Assembly (NCBI RefSeq): GCF_032191835.1
Contig: NC_083238.1
Coordinates: forward strand, 18,228,001 to 18,292,000
Reading direction: 5' to 3'
DNA: 64,000 nt
Origin: Heteronotia binoei
Taxonomy: Eukaryota
Under the pieces are notes generated by a model. That model was given only the letters and a program-made list of their open reading frames with translations. It was not told the DNA's origin and did no database searches. The position numbers and the translations under genes are program-made. Within the stretch, counting starts at the first letter, position 1; every line of letters begins with the position of its first letter. Positions 36,606 to 48,243 of this stretch are shown one piece after another.

Positions 36606-37231
36606 CAGGGGGGTCAAACATGTGACCCGGGGGCCAAATCAGACCCCTGGAGAGCTCCTATCAGACCTCCAAGCAACTGGCTGTCATCTGTTTCCTTCTC
36701 CCTCTCTCTTGCTTCCTTCTGCATAACAGTTTGTTTTGCAAGGCTTGCTCAACCGCACAGGAGCTACAGAGCAGTCTCTATTTTCTCCATTGGCTGAGGC
36801 TCCTCCCTTGGGGAGGAAGAGGGGAGAGATAGCTTGCTTTGTCAGGCTTTCTCAATTGCACAGCAGAGCTACTGAGCCAAGCCTCTCTTCCTTCTATTGG
36901 TTGAGGCTCCTCCCCCTCATGCCCCCCTGGGGAAGGAAGGAAAGAGCCAGAGCTTCCTTTGTCCAGTTTCCTAGATCCCATGGGAGAGATACAGAAAAAG
37001 CACCTTTAAGACCAACTAATGCTAATGTTTTAAGCATGCTTTTTTTAAAGGTGTTTTTTTAAAAAAATAAAAAATCTTTAATTGTGTTTGTCTGTGTCCT
37101 TTATAAAGTTCATATCTCTACTGCCTAATCTTAAATAGTTACACACAGGGCCTAGCACGACATGGCTCAGCCCAATAAGGTCTCATATATATCCAATCTG
37201 GCCCTCATAACAAATCAGTTTGACACCCCTG
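36606..37231. mobile_element. hAT-type MITE (CAGGGGTGTCAAAC family)
   Basis: TIRs; homologous to 4499-5087. Confidence 0.85.
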
Positions 37232-37284
37232 CAGTAGAGAGCAGTTGCTCTGAATGGCAGCCCCACAACATGTCCTCTCCATGA

Positions 37285-37497
37285 AAGGGTTGCCAGCCTC
37301 CAGGTGGGGCCTGGAGTTCTCTAAGAATGATAATTGATCTTCTGACTACGGTTCCTCTGGAGGAAATGGCAGCTTCAGAGGGTGAACTCTGTGGCATCAC
37401 ATCCCTTCTGCACTCCAGTGCCAACCCCAAACTCCTTCCTCCCCAAACTCTACTCCCAAATCTCCAGGAATTTCTCAACCCAGAGTTGGCAACTTTA
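37285..37497. mobile_element. Short AGGGTTGCCA-family MITE; related copies at ~12140-12570 and ~49720-49975
   Basis: TIR AGGGTTGCCA / TGGCAACTTT. Confidence 0.6.
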
Positions 37498-37619
37498 GTA
37501 ATGACACATTTACCTAATAAGATATCATGCCACATGTTCATCTGTTGCCACTACACATTATTGGCTGTTGGTTTAGAACAATTTCATCATATCCTTCCTC
37601 CAAGAGCTTAAGGCAGCAT

Positions 37620-37950
37620 GCATGGGGGTTGGACTAGATGACCTTGGAGGTCCCTTCCAGCTCTATGATTCTATGGCTCTATGATTGGTTTGGAAAGGTA
37701 CAACATGGTAGTATGGCACAGGCAAAGGTGCCATGGTGCAAGTAAGGGGATTAGACATGCTCATGGCTACTAGATGTGGCAATTAAAGGGAACCTCCACA
37801 TTTGGAGGCAGTAAACTTCTAGGAGGCAACATCAGAGGAAGGGCTTGGCCTCTTTGCTCTCTTTGTTGGAGAGCAAAGTCAACCGGTTGGTTGACCACTG
37901 TGTGAGACAGGATGCTAGACTAGATGGACCACAGGTCTGGTATAGTGGGG
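37620..37950 (+). mobile_element. Two CR1 3' end fragments
   Basis: GGACTAGATGACC..ATTCTATG tail; second CTAGATGGACCA-type 3' UTR. Confidence 0.65.
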
Positions 37951-38039
37951 CACCTTTTGGGGGGATGTTTTTGTGTTTTTATGTGCATGTATGCGTCCAT
38001 GTGTGTGCGTGTGCACCTGGAAGTCATGGCAACCTCTAG

Positions 38040-38430
38040 TGACTGACCCCTACTGGGGGCCTGAAGGATGTTCAGGGAGATGGCTGAATAAAGCCTGCCT
38101 CCACCTCCCGACTCCTGGTATTTCAAGGAGGTCTCCCATCCAAGTACTCGCCAAAGTTGATCCTGCTTAGCTTCTGAGATCTGAAAAGATGGGGAGGGAT
38201 GGTGGCTCAGTGGTAGAGCATCTGCTTGGGAAGCAGAAGGTCCCAGGTTCAATCCCTGGCATCTCCAAAAAGAGTCCAGGCAAATAGGTGTGAAAAACCT
38301 CAGCTTGAGACCCTGGAGAGCCGCTGCCAGTCTGAGTAGACAATACTGACTTTGATGGACCAAAGGTCTGATTCAGTATAAGGCAGCTTCATATGTTCAT
38401 ATGTTCAAGATCAGGCTTGTCCAGGCTAGC
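38040..38430 (-). mobile_element. 5S rRNA-derived SINE interrupted by a plus-strand tRNA SINE (38191-38407)
   Basis: Minus strand CAGATCTCAGAAGCTAAGCAGGA..AGTACTTGGATGGGAGACC resembles the 5S internal control region; the nested SINE is flanked by AAAGAT/CAAGAT. Confidence 0.8.
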
Positions 38431-39699
38431 CTTTTAAGTTCTTCTGCTGAAATATTTTGTGAAATGAAGAAAGCTAAGTAGCACACAGTTCTTAGTGGGG
38501 AGAGCAGTCCCGATAATATCCAGTTCTTGTCAGAGAAGCCCCGGGTGGCGCATCTGGGGTTGCGACTCCTTCATGTGTGAGAGAGCCTTCAGTGATCTGA
38601 GGCTCAGGGTAACCTGCCTTGAATTAGCTCTGTAAGTATTCTTATTTTCTAGCGATTACAAGAGGCTGGCTTTCTAATAAGTCAGGAAGGATTAAGTGGT
38701 ATTTGCTACTGACTCAATAATGAGTCTGTCAATATCAAAGCTTGTGGCAGCGACAGCGGGACGCATAAGAAAGGGTTGCATTCCCTGTATTTTCCCAGAC
38801 GGGGTTGGAGCGCTGCTTTCTTAATTAGACAGCAGCCAAGTCCACATAAATCTCTCTCCGTGCAAATTTGTTTTAAATAAGACACTGATGAAGAAGAACA
38901 TACAGAATGAAACTTTTTTTAAAAAAAAGAAAAAAAGAAAAAACAATCTGCTACTTCCAAGGGAGAATTGTATTTAAAACATGGACATAAAATGTGTTGT
39001 TAGTTGCTGTTAATTTTCTTTTTTGTCTCTGGTTTTAATTTCGACGCAAATTGGGAATGATGAGGTTTATGGAACGTGCCTTGCAAATACAGTAATGAAT
39101 AATCTTTCGCAAATGACTGAGCAAAACGTATTTCTTTTCTCTTGTCTTGGGAAGTCCCCCCCCCCCACCCACCCAAATATGGCATTCTGCCATTTCTGCT
39201 TCAAACAATTCATTTTAAGGCAATGATACTTACTCAGTCACTTGGGAGCTGCATGTGGTTCTTTGACGTGTCACCTGTGGCTCTTCTGATCATCATTGCC
39301 CAGTGTGGCACTTGCCCCAAGTTTCAGGAAAGGAAGCAAGGCCCATTGGGGCTTGTAGTTGGCAAGTGGTTCCCACTTCGAAAAATCTGCCTCTGGAGGA
39401 ACAGGTAAGCTGCAAGCCTCCTTGAGTTGCCAGCCTCCTGCTAAGGATGGAAGGAAACGTGGCTTTTCTGGTTGATGGTAATTACGAATGTTGCCATCCA
39501 CGAGTTGTTGGAGCGAGTAGCTCTACTTTAAGGAATCCTGTTGCATGCTCCTTGAAGAAAATCATGTGGGATGTCAACTCCTTCCTAAGCCCAGCTCCAA
39601 AACATCATGGGCAACGGAAAGACCATGGCTCAGTCAAAAAGAACAGGACATGCTGCGCTCTTTTCTTTTCGGTGCCACCAAGTCGCGGCTGACTTAAAG

Positions 39700-39850
39700 C
39701 AACCCTGTTGAGTTTTCAAGGCTAGAGGCGGTTTGTCATCGCCTCTGTGTTGGGACCCTCGTCTTCCTTGGTAGTCTCTCATCCAAATACTAACCAGGGC
39801 CAATCCTGCATGGCTTCCAAGATCTGATGAGATCAGAAGACTCTCAGACA
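39700..39850 (-). mobile_element. Degenerate 5S-derived SINE
   Basis: GATCTCATCAGATCTTGGAAGCCATGCAGG..TTAGTATTTGGATGAGAGAC on the minus strand. Confidence 0.6.
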
Positions 39851-39855
39851 AGCAG

Positions 39856-40036
39856 GGCTTTTTCTGTAGCAGGAACTCCTTGGCATATTAGACCACACGC
39901 TCCCTGATGTAGCCAATCCTCCAAGAGCTTACAGTAGGCCCTGTGAGAAGAGCCCTGTAAGCTCTTGGAAGGTTGGCTACCTCAAGGGTGTGTGACCTAA
40001 TATGCAAAGGAGTTCCTGCTACAAAAAAAGCACTGC
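39856..40036. mobile_element. Palindromic MITE
   Basis: AGGGCTTTTTCTGTAGCAGGAACTCC / GGAGTTCCTGCTACAAAAAAAGCACT arms. Confidence 0.75.
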
Positions 40037-40320
40037 AGAAAAGCAGATGTTGAGAAAGGGTTTTCTCTGCACAGGACCCTAAAATGCTACTTCTGATCAT
40101 GATAAGCAATACTGAACTAGATAAAACAATAATCTGATCCGGTATAAGGTAGCATGATATGTCTGTGAGTGTACATTAGCATTTTATGCTGGCAAAGCTT
40201 TCATTCAAGCGCTCTTGTAATTTGTCACTTTATAATTTGACTCTACTTTTTGAAAAAAAAATTATAGGGATCAGATGGGAAGTCCGTCATGAGTCAAACG
40301 GAATTTAATTTTGTTAGCTT

Positions 40321-40470
40321 GGATGTCTGAGTATCTTGTACTGAGTATTGAATATGGATGTCTGAGTATCTTGTACGGAGTATTGGATGTCTTGGATGTC
40401 TGAGTATCTTGTACGGAGTATTGGATGTCTTGGATGTCTGAGTATCTTGTACTGAGTATTGAATATCTTG
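40321..40470. repeat. Four 35-38-bp tandem units GGATGTCTGAGTATCTTGTAC(T/G)GAGTATTG
   Basis: Direct reading. Confidence 0.9.
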
Positions 40471-41319
40471 AATAGCTGAGTATATTCATGACAGGAATAT
40501 GCTGAGAAATTGGTTTTCCCGACCTGAAATGGCCACAGGGAATGTGGCTCCCATCCAGAGGCAGACTGCACAGCCTTGCATCTGGGGGCCGTTTTGCCTC
40601 CTTGCAAGGAGCGGGCAGGGCGTCATCAGGGGTGGGGGTGGAGCAGGCACACCCTAACGGTGGGCTCCTCTCCCTCCTCTCATTCTGCGCCTCGTGCTCA
40701 GGCAAGACAGAGCTCAGCGTTGGCTCTTTCCTCACACAAGGCCTGGGTTGGTTGCCATGGCTTTTTGGAGCCGCCGCGGTTGGAGCGTCGGGAGGCTTGC
40801 CTCTGGTGAAGAGAAGGAACCGCATCTGGATTTCCGGCAGTGTCTTTGAGTGGTGGTTTGCTGCTGGCTGCGGCGCACTCACGTGGCTGGCATTTTTATC
40901 CCCCCCCCGCCTGCTTTTCGGGAAGCGTTGGGGACACCGTGGTTTGCCGCCGTCCGCGACGCGTCCATGGGGCCGTTAGTTGGTGGCTCCCCCCTCCCCT
41001 CATGTCCTTGCTTGCGATCAGTTTCCTCCATCTTGAGGGGCAACAGGGGCGTTCCCGATCGGTTTCATTTTGGGGGAGAGACTTTGCAGGATTCTGTGCC
41101 ACCTGGGTTGGGTAGCAGCCATTTTGCTGAGTTCTCCATACAGCCATGTTTTCTTTAGCAGTTAGCTTCTTCCCCTGTTGCTGGGGCAAGGTGGCGGCTA
41201 TTTTGTGGGCATTCCCTGGGCAGCCATTTTGGTGGAGGCTTAGGCTGTGCTTCACTTAGGCAGCCACTCTAGCAGCTGCAGTTGATGGCTTTTTACTGCC
41301 TTTGTGGGTCGAGTTAGCC

Positions 41320-42678
41320 ATGCCTAAAGGACAAGGCAAATCCAAGGGCAAGAGCCCTGCACTGAGACCACAGCGGCCTGTTCCTAAGCACTCAGTACCT
41401 TTGTCATCATCGTCTGATGAGGAGGATGGCACTTTCGAGCAGTCTTTTTAGCAAGAATAGCTCCTTTAGAGGGCTTGGGTAGTAGGCAGCTGGTCTTATT
41501 GGGTGATGTAAGGGGTTTGGCTTCCAAGGCAGACAAGCGGGCTACTAAGAAGCACTTTCAGGAAGAAATCCTTAATCGCTTGTCTTCCCTTGAAAGTAGG
41601 TCTTCCATGGACAAGATGGAAGGTGTGTTGCCTCTTCCAGTGGAGGTGCCCAATGTGGATGCTTTGCAGGGTTTGCAGTTGGGTAGGGGTGAGTTTGCCC
41701 AGCACACTACCACAGCTTGGCCCTGGGGGCCGTGGGGGCAGTCAGCCACCTTTGGGCCAGTTGTCAATAGCCAGCCTGCAGCTTTTAATAATTCCCAGAC
41801 TTGGGCTTGGGGCCTTAACCTGGCTAGCCCTTGGGGTCTTTGGGGAGGCCTTCCCAGCCAGTTTCCGGGAGCGTCCGTGGCACCCTATGGTGGCTGGGGT
41901 GTTTCTTATCCTTGGGGTCCGTCATACTCTGCTATGCCAGCTAAGGCTTTACCTTTTGGTGATCTGGCCTTACCTCTTGGGGATCACTTGTTGCTGGCCA
42001 CCAAGGATAAAATACTGAAAGGGAATTCATGGACCTATTTTCTCTGCTCTACAGGGAGCTGGACAAAAAGGATAAAGAGAATCTGGATGATAGGGAAAAG
42101 GAGAAAATCAAGAGGCGAAAAGTTGATAGGACATGGGCAAACTGGGTGCCCGGGTTCATTATTTACACTGAAATTATTGCCAGGTCACAGCCATGGAGGG
42201 CCACTTCCCTTTTTCAGTATTTCGACATCATATACAAAAGCTACACCAGCTTTACTGGCCAGGCCTGGCTTCAATATGATGAGGAGTACAGAATGAGGGC
42301 GGCTTTGAATCCTGTCCTTTGATGGATCAGATTCAGCCGCAGCTGTGGTTGCAGGTTATATCTCCAGCATGAGCGAACCTGGGTGATAGGTCGGACAGTG
42401 GGCATGTTGTGCAGCACACAGCCACAGCTTCTGGTGCCCGCAGGAGTGCGGGGCAGGTGGTTCAACCCCGCCTGCTCTGTTGGGAGTTTGGGTCCCAGGG
42501 GGTGTGTGGTAAAAAGAACTGTCCATACAAACATGAGTGCCCTCTTTGCTGGGGGTCTCATTCCTTCATGAATTGTTCCAGGGGTAGACTCAGGCAGGGA
42601 CAGCGCAAGCAGGGCCTGGGCGGTGCAGATAAGCCATTTGGAAAAGGGTGGCAGCCCAATAAGGGTGACAGTGCTTGA
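41320..42678 (+). pseudogene. ORF1 gag-like with Cys/His zinc knuckle, frameshifted
   Basis: ATG at 41320 (MPKGQGKSKGK); AWLQYDEEYRMRAALNP; CWEF..GVC..KNCPYKHECPLCWGSH..MNC. Confidence 0.8.
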
Positions 42679-44230
42679 GGCATGGCTCCATGATTATCCA
42701 AAGGAGGAAGATAGGCTTTATTTGTTAAACGGTTTTTTAAGTTCGGGTTTAGAATTCCTTTTCAGGGCCCCAGAAGGCCGTTTATGGCCAATAACTTGAA
42801 GTCAGTTATAGGGATGGAGCACATTGTTCGTCAGAAGATTGGGAAGGAATTAGCCAAGGGTAGGATGATTGGCCCATTTCCCACACCCCCTGTGAGTACC
42901 TTGTGGGTCTCCCCGTTGGACCTTGTGGCTAAAAAGGCCCCAGGAGAGTTCAGATTGATTCATCATTTATCTTACCCCCATGGGGAATCGGTGAATGACG
43001 CCATACCAGAAAATTTGTGTACTGTGCGATTCACATCTTTTGACCAAGCGGTGCAGATGGTAAGGCGCTGTGGGGTAGGGTCTGAGTTGGCAAAGTGCAA
43101 CATAAATTCTGCCTTTCACCTTCTACCGGCTCACCCTTTGGATCTTGCATTGCTGGGTTTTCATTTTGAAGGGCGGTTTTACATGGACAGAGCAGTGCCC
43201 ATGGGGTGCTCAGTTTCTTGTGTGGCCTTTGAGTGCTTTAGCTCCTTTTTAGAATGGGTGGTGCACCGCCAGGCTCGTTTGAGCAATGTGGTGCATTACC
43301 TGGATGACTTTCTGTTCACGGGCCCCTTAGGCTCCAGCCAGTGTGCCCATTTGATGGCAGCCTTTGCAGTGCAGTTGGCGGAGCTGGGCGTTCCTGTAGC
43401 CCATGAGAAGACGGAGAACCCTACCCAGCGATTGATGTTCCTTGGGGTTGAACTTGATTCATTCCAGCAAACTTCACGCCTCCCAAGGGACAACATTCTA
43501 GGTCTGCAGGAAATGGTTGCTCAGTTTTTGCTATGGCAAAAGGTGACCTTGAGGGAACTGCAGCAGTTGGTGGGTCATCTAAATGTTGTGTGTAAGGTAG
43601 TAGCTCCTGCTTATCCCTTTTTGAGGAGGTTGTGTGATGCAATGGCTGGATTACACCAGTCGCATCACCGAATCAGGATTTCACGCAGCATGCGGGAGGA
43701 CCTTTTACTATGGAAGGAGTTTTTAACCTCCTTTAATGGTGTCTCCTTTTGGAGGGCTGAGTTGCAGCTGGAAGCCGAGCTGCAAATTACATCAGACGCA
43801 GCAGGGTCCCTTGGGTTTGGCGTCTACTTTTGCAGACATTGGAGCGCAGAGGAATGACCGCAGGAATGGGTAGATGTGGGGTGGAACAGAGATTTGACTT
43901 TCTTGAAGTTTTTCCTGATCTTGGTAACTGTTTGGTTGTGGGGGGATGAGTTGGCAGACCACACAGTCCACTTTTGGTGCGACAACTTAGCCTTGGTGCA
44001 TGTTATCAATTCCCTCACTTCCAAATCCCCCAGGATTATGAGGCTGGTGCGGGCCTTCACTCTTCGTTGCCTGAGGCTCAATATTTTATTTTTCGCCAGG
44101 CATGTGCCCGGGGTGGCTAATGGGGTGGTTGATGCTCTCTCCCACAAACAGATGCAGAGATTTTGCCAGCTGGCCCCAGACGCCGATCTTCTTCCAACAA
44201 TGATGCCCCCCCGGGATATGGACGATTGGC
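42650..44230 (+). pseudogene. Reverse transcriptase / RNase H
   Basis: KFRLIHHLS-like EFRLIHHLSYP, PMGCS, HYLDDFL, FLGVELDS, TSDAAG, FWCDN; in-frame TGA at 43855-43857 in place of Trp. Confidence 0.9.
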
Positions 44231-45124
44231 GGGTCGAGGCTGGCAGAGCAATAATTCTCGCCATTGCTCCTAGTACCAGAAAATCATACAACAGGGCAGT
44301 ATGCCAGTTCAAAAGTTTTAGGAGCAAAGTCAGTTACCAAAGGGGATGGCCCCTTCCGGTGGAGCAATTACTCCACGATAGTGTATCTTTAAGGTGCAGG
44401 GGCTTAGCAGTCCAATCTGTTCGGGGCCGGCTGTCTGCATTGACCTTCGCCAGTAAGGCTTTGGGTTTCCAGGAGAATATCGGTGACTTCTCCATTAAGA
44501 AAATGTTGGAAGGTTGGTCTAGAGAAGTTAGGCCCAGGTAGGATCCTAGGCAACCGATTTCCCTTGCAGTTCTTAGGGGTTTACGATCAGTATGGAGCCA
44601 GGTGTGCGTGTCAGAGTACGAAACGTTGCTCTTTCACGCTGCCTCTCTCATGGCATTTTTTGGGGCTCTGCAGGTGAGTGAACTGCAAACGGGACGTTTC
44701 AGGGAGGGCCTTGATGGCCCAAGACATTTGTCTGGCTGGCGGATCGGTATATGTTACAATTCATCGTTCCAAGACCGATCAACTACAATGGGGGGATACT
44801 ATTAGTTTGGATTCCTGTTCTTACGTCGAGCTCTGTCCCGTAGTGGCTTTAACGCTCTATCTGGCTGCTCATGGGTTTGGTGCCGGCCTGTTGTTCCGTC
44901 ATGGGGACTGCAGTCCCCTGACGAAGCATCAGTTTTGGACAGTGACATGCAGGGCCCTTGCTAGGCTGGGCCTGTCAGGAGTTAAGTTCGGCACCCATTC
45001 CTTCCGTATAGGAGCAGCATTCACTGCTGCTGCCCTGGGGTATTCCCCGCTTTCCATTCAGAAGCTTCGTAGGTGGCGTTCCTCGGCCTATAAGGGCTAT
45101 GTTCGCCCTCTTGCACCGCAGTAA
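44200..45124 (+). pseudogene. Tyrosine recombinase (phage-integrase fold), frameshifted
   Basis: AIAPSTRKSY N-terminal SAM-like region; FFGAL(Q)VSEL with catalytic Arg lost; SKTDQ; HSFRIGAA; RWRSSAYKGY. Confidence 0.9.
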
Positions 45125-45177
45125 CTGGCATCACGTTATCAGGGGGCTATGTTATTCATAGTTTTTTCTTTTCTCAG

Positions 45178-45668
45178 GTGCTGTGGTCCGTGGAGAGAGA
45201 CAACGCGTCCTCATATGCGGACACAGCTTCATGTTCTGGGCTGCCCATCGGGCCAGGAGGACTTCGGCCGGGTCACAGCTGGGACTCAGCAAGTGGGCCA
45301 CCATTGAATGGCGTGGACAGCGGGGTCTCCATTGGTCGGGCCTGTTGCCCCTATTGTTCGAAGATGTTCACATTTTGCCACCACATGTTGTGGTGATACA
45401 TCTGGGTAGTAATGATTTAGGCCTACTCAAGGGAAAAGCCCTGGTGTTGCAGGCCAAGGATGACTTATAGAAATTAAATTTAGAAATTAAAAAAATTAGG
45501 AATTAAAAAAGCTCTCAAGGGGGGCTTGGCCACTTTCTTCCTCACCCTGGGATCCAGGCTGATTGCGCGGATTTATACAGGAACGATGGCATCCATCTTT
45601 CGGACAAGGGTAATGATGCCTTTTTGGAGGACTTGAAACTGGGGCTTAAGGAAGTGTTGGGCGTTTAG
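45178..45668 (+). pseudogene. SGNH/GDSL-type hydrolase ORF with internal deletion
   Basis: Block I ICGHSF, block III IHLGSND, block V YRNDGIHLS (downstream fragment ending ..KEVLGV*). Confidence 0.85.
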
Positions 45669-47042
45669 TGGGTGCAGCTGCCTAAGCAGAGGCTTGGCCT
45701 CGCGGTTGCTGGGTTTTGGCCTAAACTTTTGTTATGCAGCTTTGTGAGCACCTGTAGCACCCCAGTTTTGGGGCACGGGGTCTCGCTAAATCATTCCTGG
45801 ACCGTGCGGGCCGGTTGAGTGATGAAGCTGACTGCCTTGGGTTTGCATGGATTGATTCGCCTGTTAGCCGTGCGGCTAGGGGTTGGAACTCCAGGGCATA
45901 ACCTTTGCTAGGCCGGCCAGGTATGAGCCATGCATTTTGGCTATACCTAGGGGCAGGGTGGCTCGCCCGTCATGCGGCAGGGAAGGGGTATTTCGTCCCC
46001 TGGCCCTGCCATGCTGCTGGTTACGTTTATAGCCCTTGTGTTAATGTAATAAAGAAAATGGCCCTTTAGTTACCCAAACCCTTGTGTCCGTCTCTTCCTT
46101 CAATCTGGGGAGGCAACTGCTTTTTGTCTTGTGTAACTTACATGTAATTCATTGGTACATTTCTCACCCACCGCCAGCACTGAGCAAACCATAGCTCCCT
46201 TTGTGTGCTAGTCCCAATCCAAATCAGGCCCTTGGGTGCTTAAGAATCAAGTTTCATCAGGAAGCTCCCAGGACACATCTGCTTGATAGTCTCTAGGGGA
46301 GAACATGGGAATGGAATACAAGAGTAATATACCATATACTTAGGCCATGAATGGGGATTTAAACCTGGGTCTCCCTGATCCTAGTCAAACACTCTAACCA
46401 CTGCACCACATTGGCTTTCTTTTATAGGGCATGTTTGCTTTTCATGTGTCCGATGCTCAAGTGTGGCCATGCATGCATAATCCTGAACATTGGTGCTTTT
46501 TCTGGCTCCTTCTCTGCATGTGATTTAAGAACACAAAGCAGAAGAGTCAGAGTTTTAATGCTATAATTTCATGTCTTTTGTAGAAATAGTATATATATAT
46601 TTTTTCCCCTGGGGTTATTTTGGCTGTGAGCATATACCCATGAAATGCCTGTTCTTCTTTTCCTAATCAAATGTGCAGGCAAAGCACAACTTCTCTCTGA
46701 ACTTCTGGTTTTCTGAAACGGCATGCCATTCCTTATGTGTCCAACCGCAGCTCTGATCTTTCTGAGCGGAGAGACATTAGCACCGCTGTGTTTTCCATCA
46801 CACTTATCATTAAAGTCTTGAGCTGGCATGTTGTTGTTGGGAGGTGCACAGCATGGTATACCCGATTGCTGTGTTCCAGCTAACTGAGGCCAGAAGTGGT
46901 TATAGTCCCAGGTTGGTGGTAGATAGTCTTGTCTTTTTCTGAAGAATCATACTAGTGACAGGAGATTTCTCTGCATAGCCTCTCGAAAGGGGTAAAATAA
47001 GAGTAGTAGTCATCAGCATCTTTGGGGCGCATCGCAGATATG

Positions 47043-47328
47043 GAGCATTTTCGCACTGACCTTAATCGGGAGCGACGTCCCTCTTCACCGCGCAGCGTCT
47101 GTGCGGATTTCACACTAATTGCTCCGCAGAAGCCGGAAGAACCGCAAAGTCCCGCGGCTTTTGCGTCGCAAATGTAAACTGCTTTTTGGCGGTTTACATT
47201 TGCTACGCAAAAGCCTCGGGACTTAGCGGCTCTTCCGGCTTCTGCGGAGCAATTAGTGCGAAATCTGCGCAGATGCTGCGCGGTGAAGAGGGACGTCACT
47301 CCCGATTAAGGTCAGTGCGAAAACGCTC
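47043..47328. mobile_element. Palindromic PIF/Harbinger-type MITE
   Basis: Near-perfect fold-back; 3-bp TSD ATG. Confidence 0.85.
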
Positions 47329-47797
47329 ATGGTCTCCCCAACCCCTTTAAATCTTGTTGTCAGTTTTTTTTTAAAAAGATGCCTGAACACCAACTGGTTC
47401 TGCTCTTGCATTCTGTTTACTGGTCATGAGTAGGGAACCATTTTTTCATTGATCCATTTGGGTGTTCTTGAACAGTTCAACAGGTAAGTTTTTCGCATAA
47501 TCCAACAGAACTGTATAGTGCAATTGACAGCAATTTGTGGGTGAACACTCTTACACAAGCCTGATATAGTTCCTCCCCTCCCCCATGGGCTTTTTGTCCC
47601 TGCATGCTGCTTGATAACCAGTGTTGAAATAGTGAGAAAAAAAATCAGCCAATAAAGGAAACATTATGTTTTAAAAGAAGCCTTATTGTTTGGCATTTGT
47701 TTAGATCTGTGTTGTTGAGGATATTTTGTGCATGCCCATTTTCATAGTTTTGTATTTTCCTTCCCCCATCACTGAATTGCCTGACTCAACCATCCAT

Positions 47798-48243
47798 GAG
47801 AGCCAGTTTGGTGCAGTGGTGAAGTGTGCGGGCTCTTATCTGGGAGGACCGGGTTTGATTCCCCACTTCTCCACTTGCAGCTGCTGGAATGGCCTTGGGT
47901 CAGCCAGAGCTCTGGCAGAGGTTGTCCTTGAAAGGGCAGCTTCTGTGAAAGCTCTCTCCAGCCCCACCCACCTCACAAGGTATCTGTTGTGGGGGAGGAC
48001 TCTTATCTGGGAGAACCGGGTTTGATTTCCCCACTCCTCCACTTGCACCTGCTAGCATGGCCTTGGGTCAGCCATAGCTCTGGCAGAGGTTGTCCTTGGA
48101 AGGGCAGCTGCTGTGAGAGCCCTCTCCAGCCCCACCCACCTCACAGGGTATCTGTTGTGGGGGAGGAAGGTAAAGGAGATTGTGAGCCGCTCTGAGACTC
48201 TTCGGAGTGGAGGGCGGGATATAAATCCAATATCTTCTTCTTC
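47798..48243 (+). mobile_element. Squam3-like SINE dimer
   Basis: Same GGGGGAGGA|CTCTTATCTGGGAG junction (~47990-48010) as 25352-25801. Confidence 0.9.

Larger units (their letters stand above)
40542..46115 (+). mobile_element. Ngaro-like (DIRS-order) tyrosine-recombinase retrotransposon, copy B, degenerate and near full length
   Basis: Ordered gag-like, RT, RNase H, YR and SGNH hydrolase domains; AATAAA at 46048; termini approximate. Confidence 0.9.

Noticed and set aside
38040-38430. 5S rRNA gene
   Set aside because: Diverged, interrupted by another SINE and fused to a non-5S tail: a 5S-derived SINE.
44200-45124. Phage/bacterial integrase indicating contamination or bacterial HGT
   Set aside because: It sits downstream of DIRS-type RT/RNase H in a standard eukaryotic YR-retrotransposon layout, flanked by lizard SINEs.
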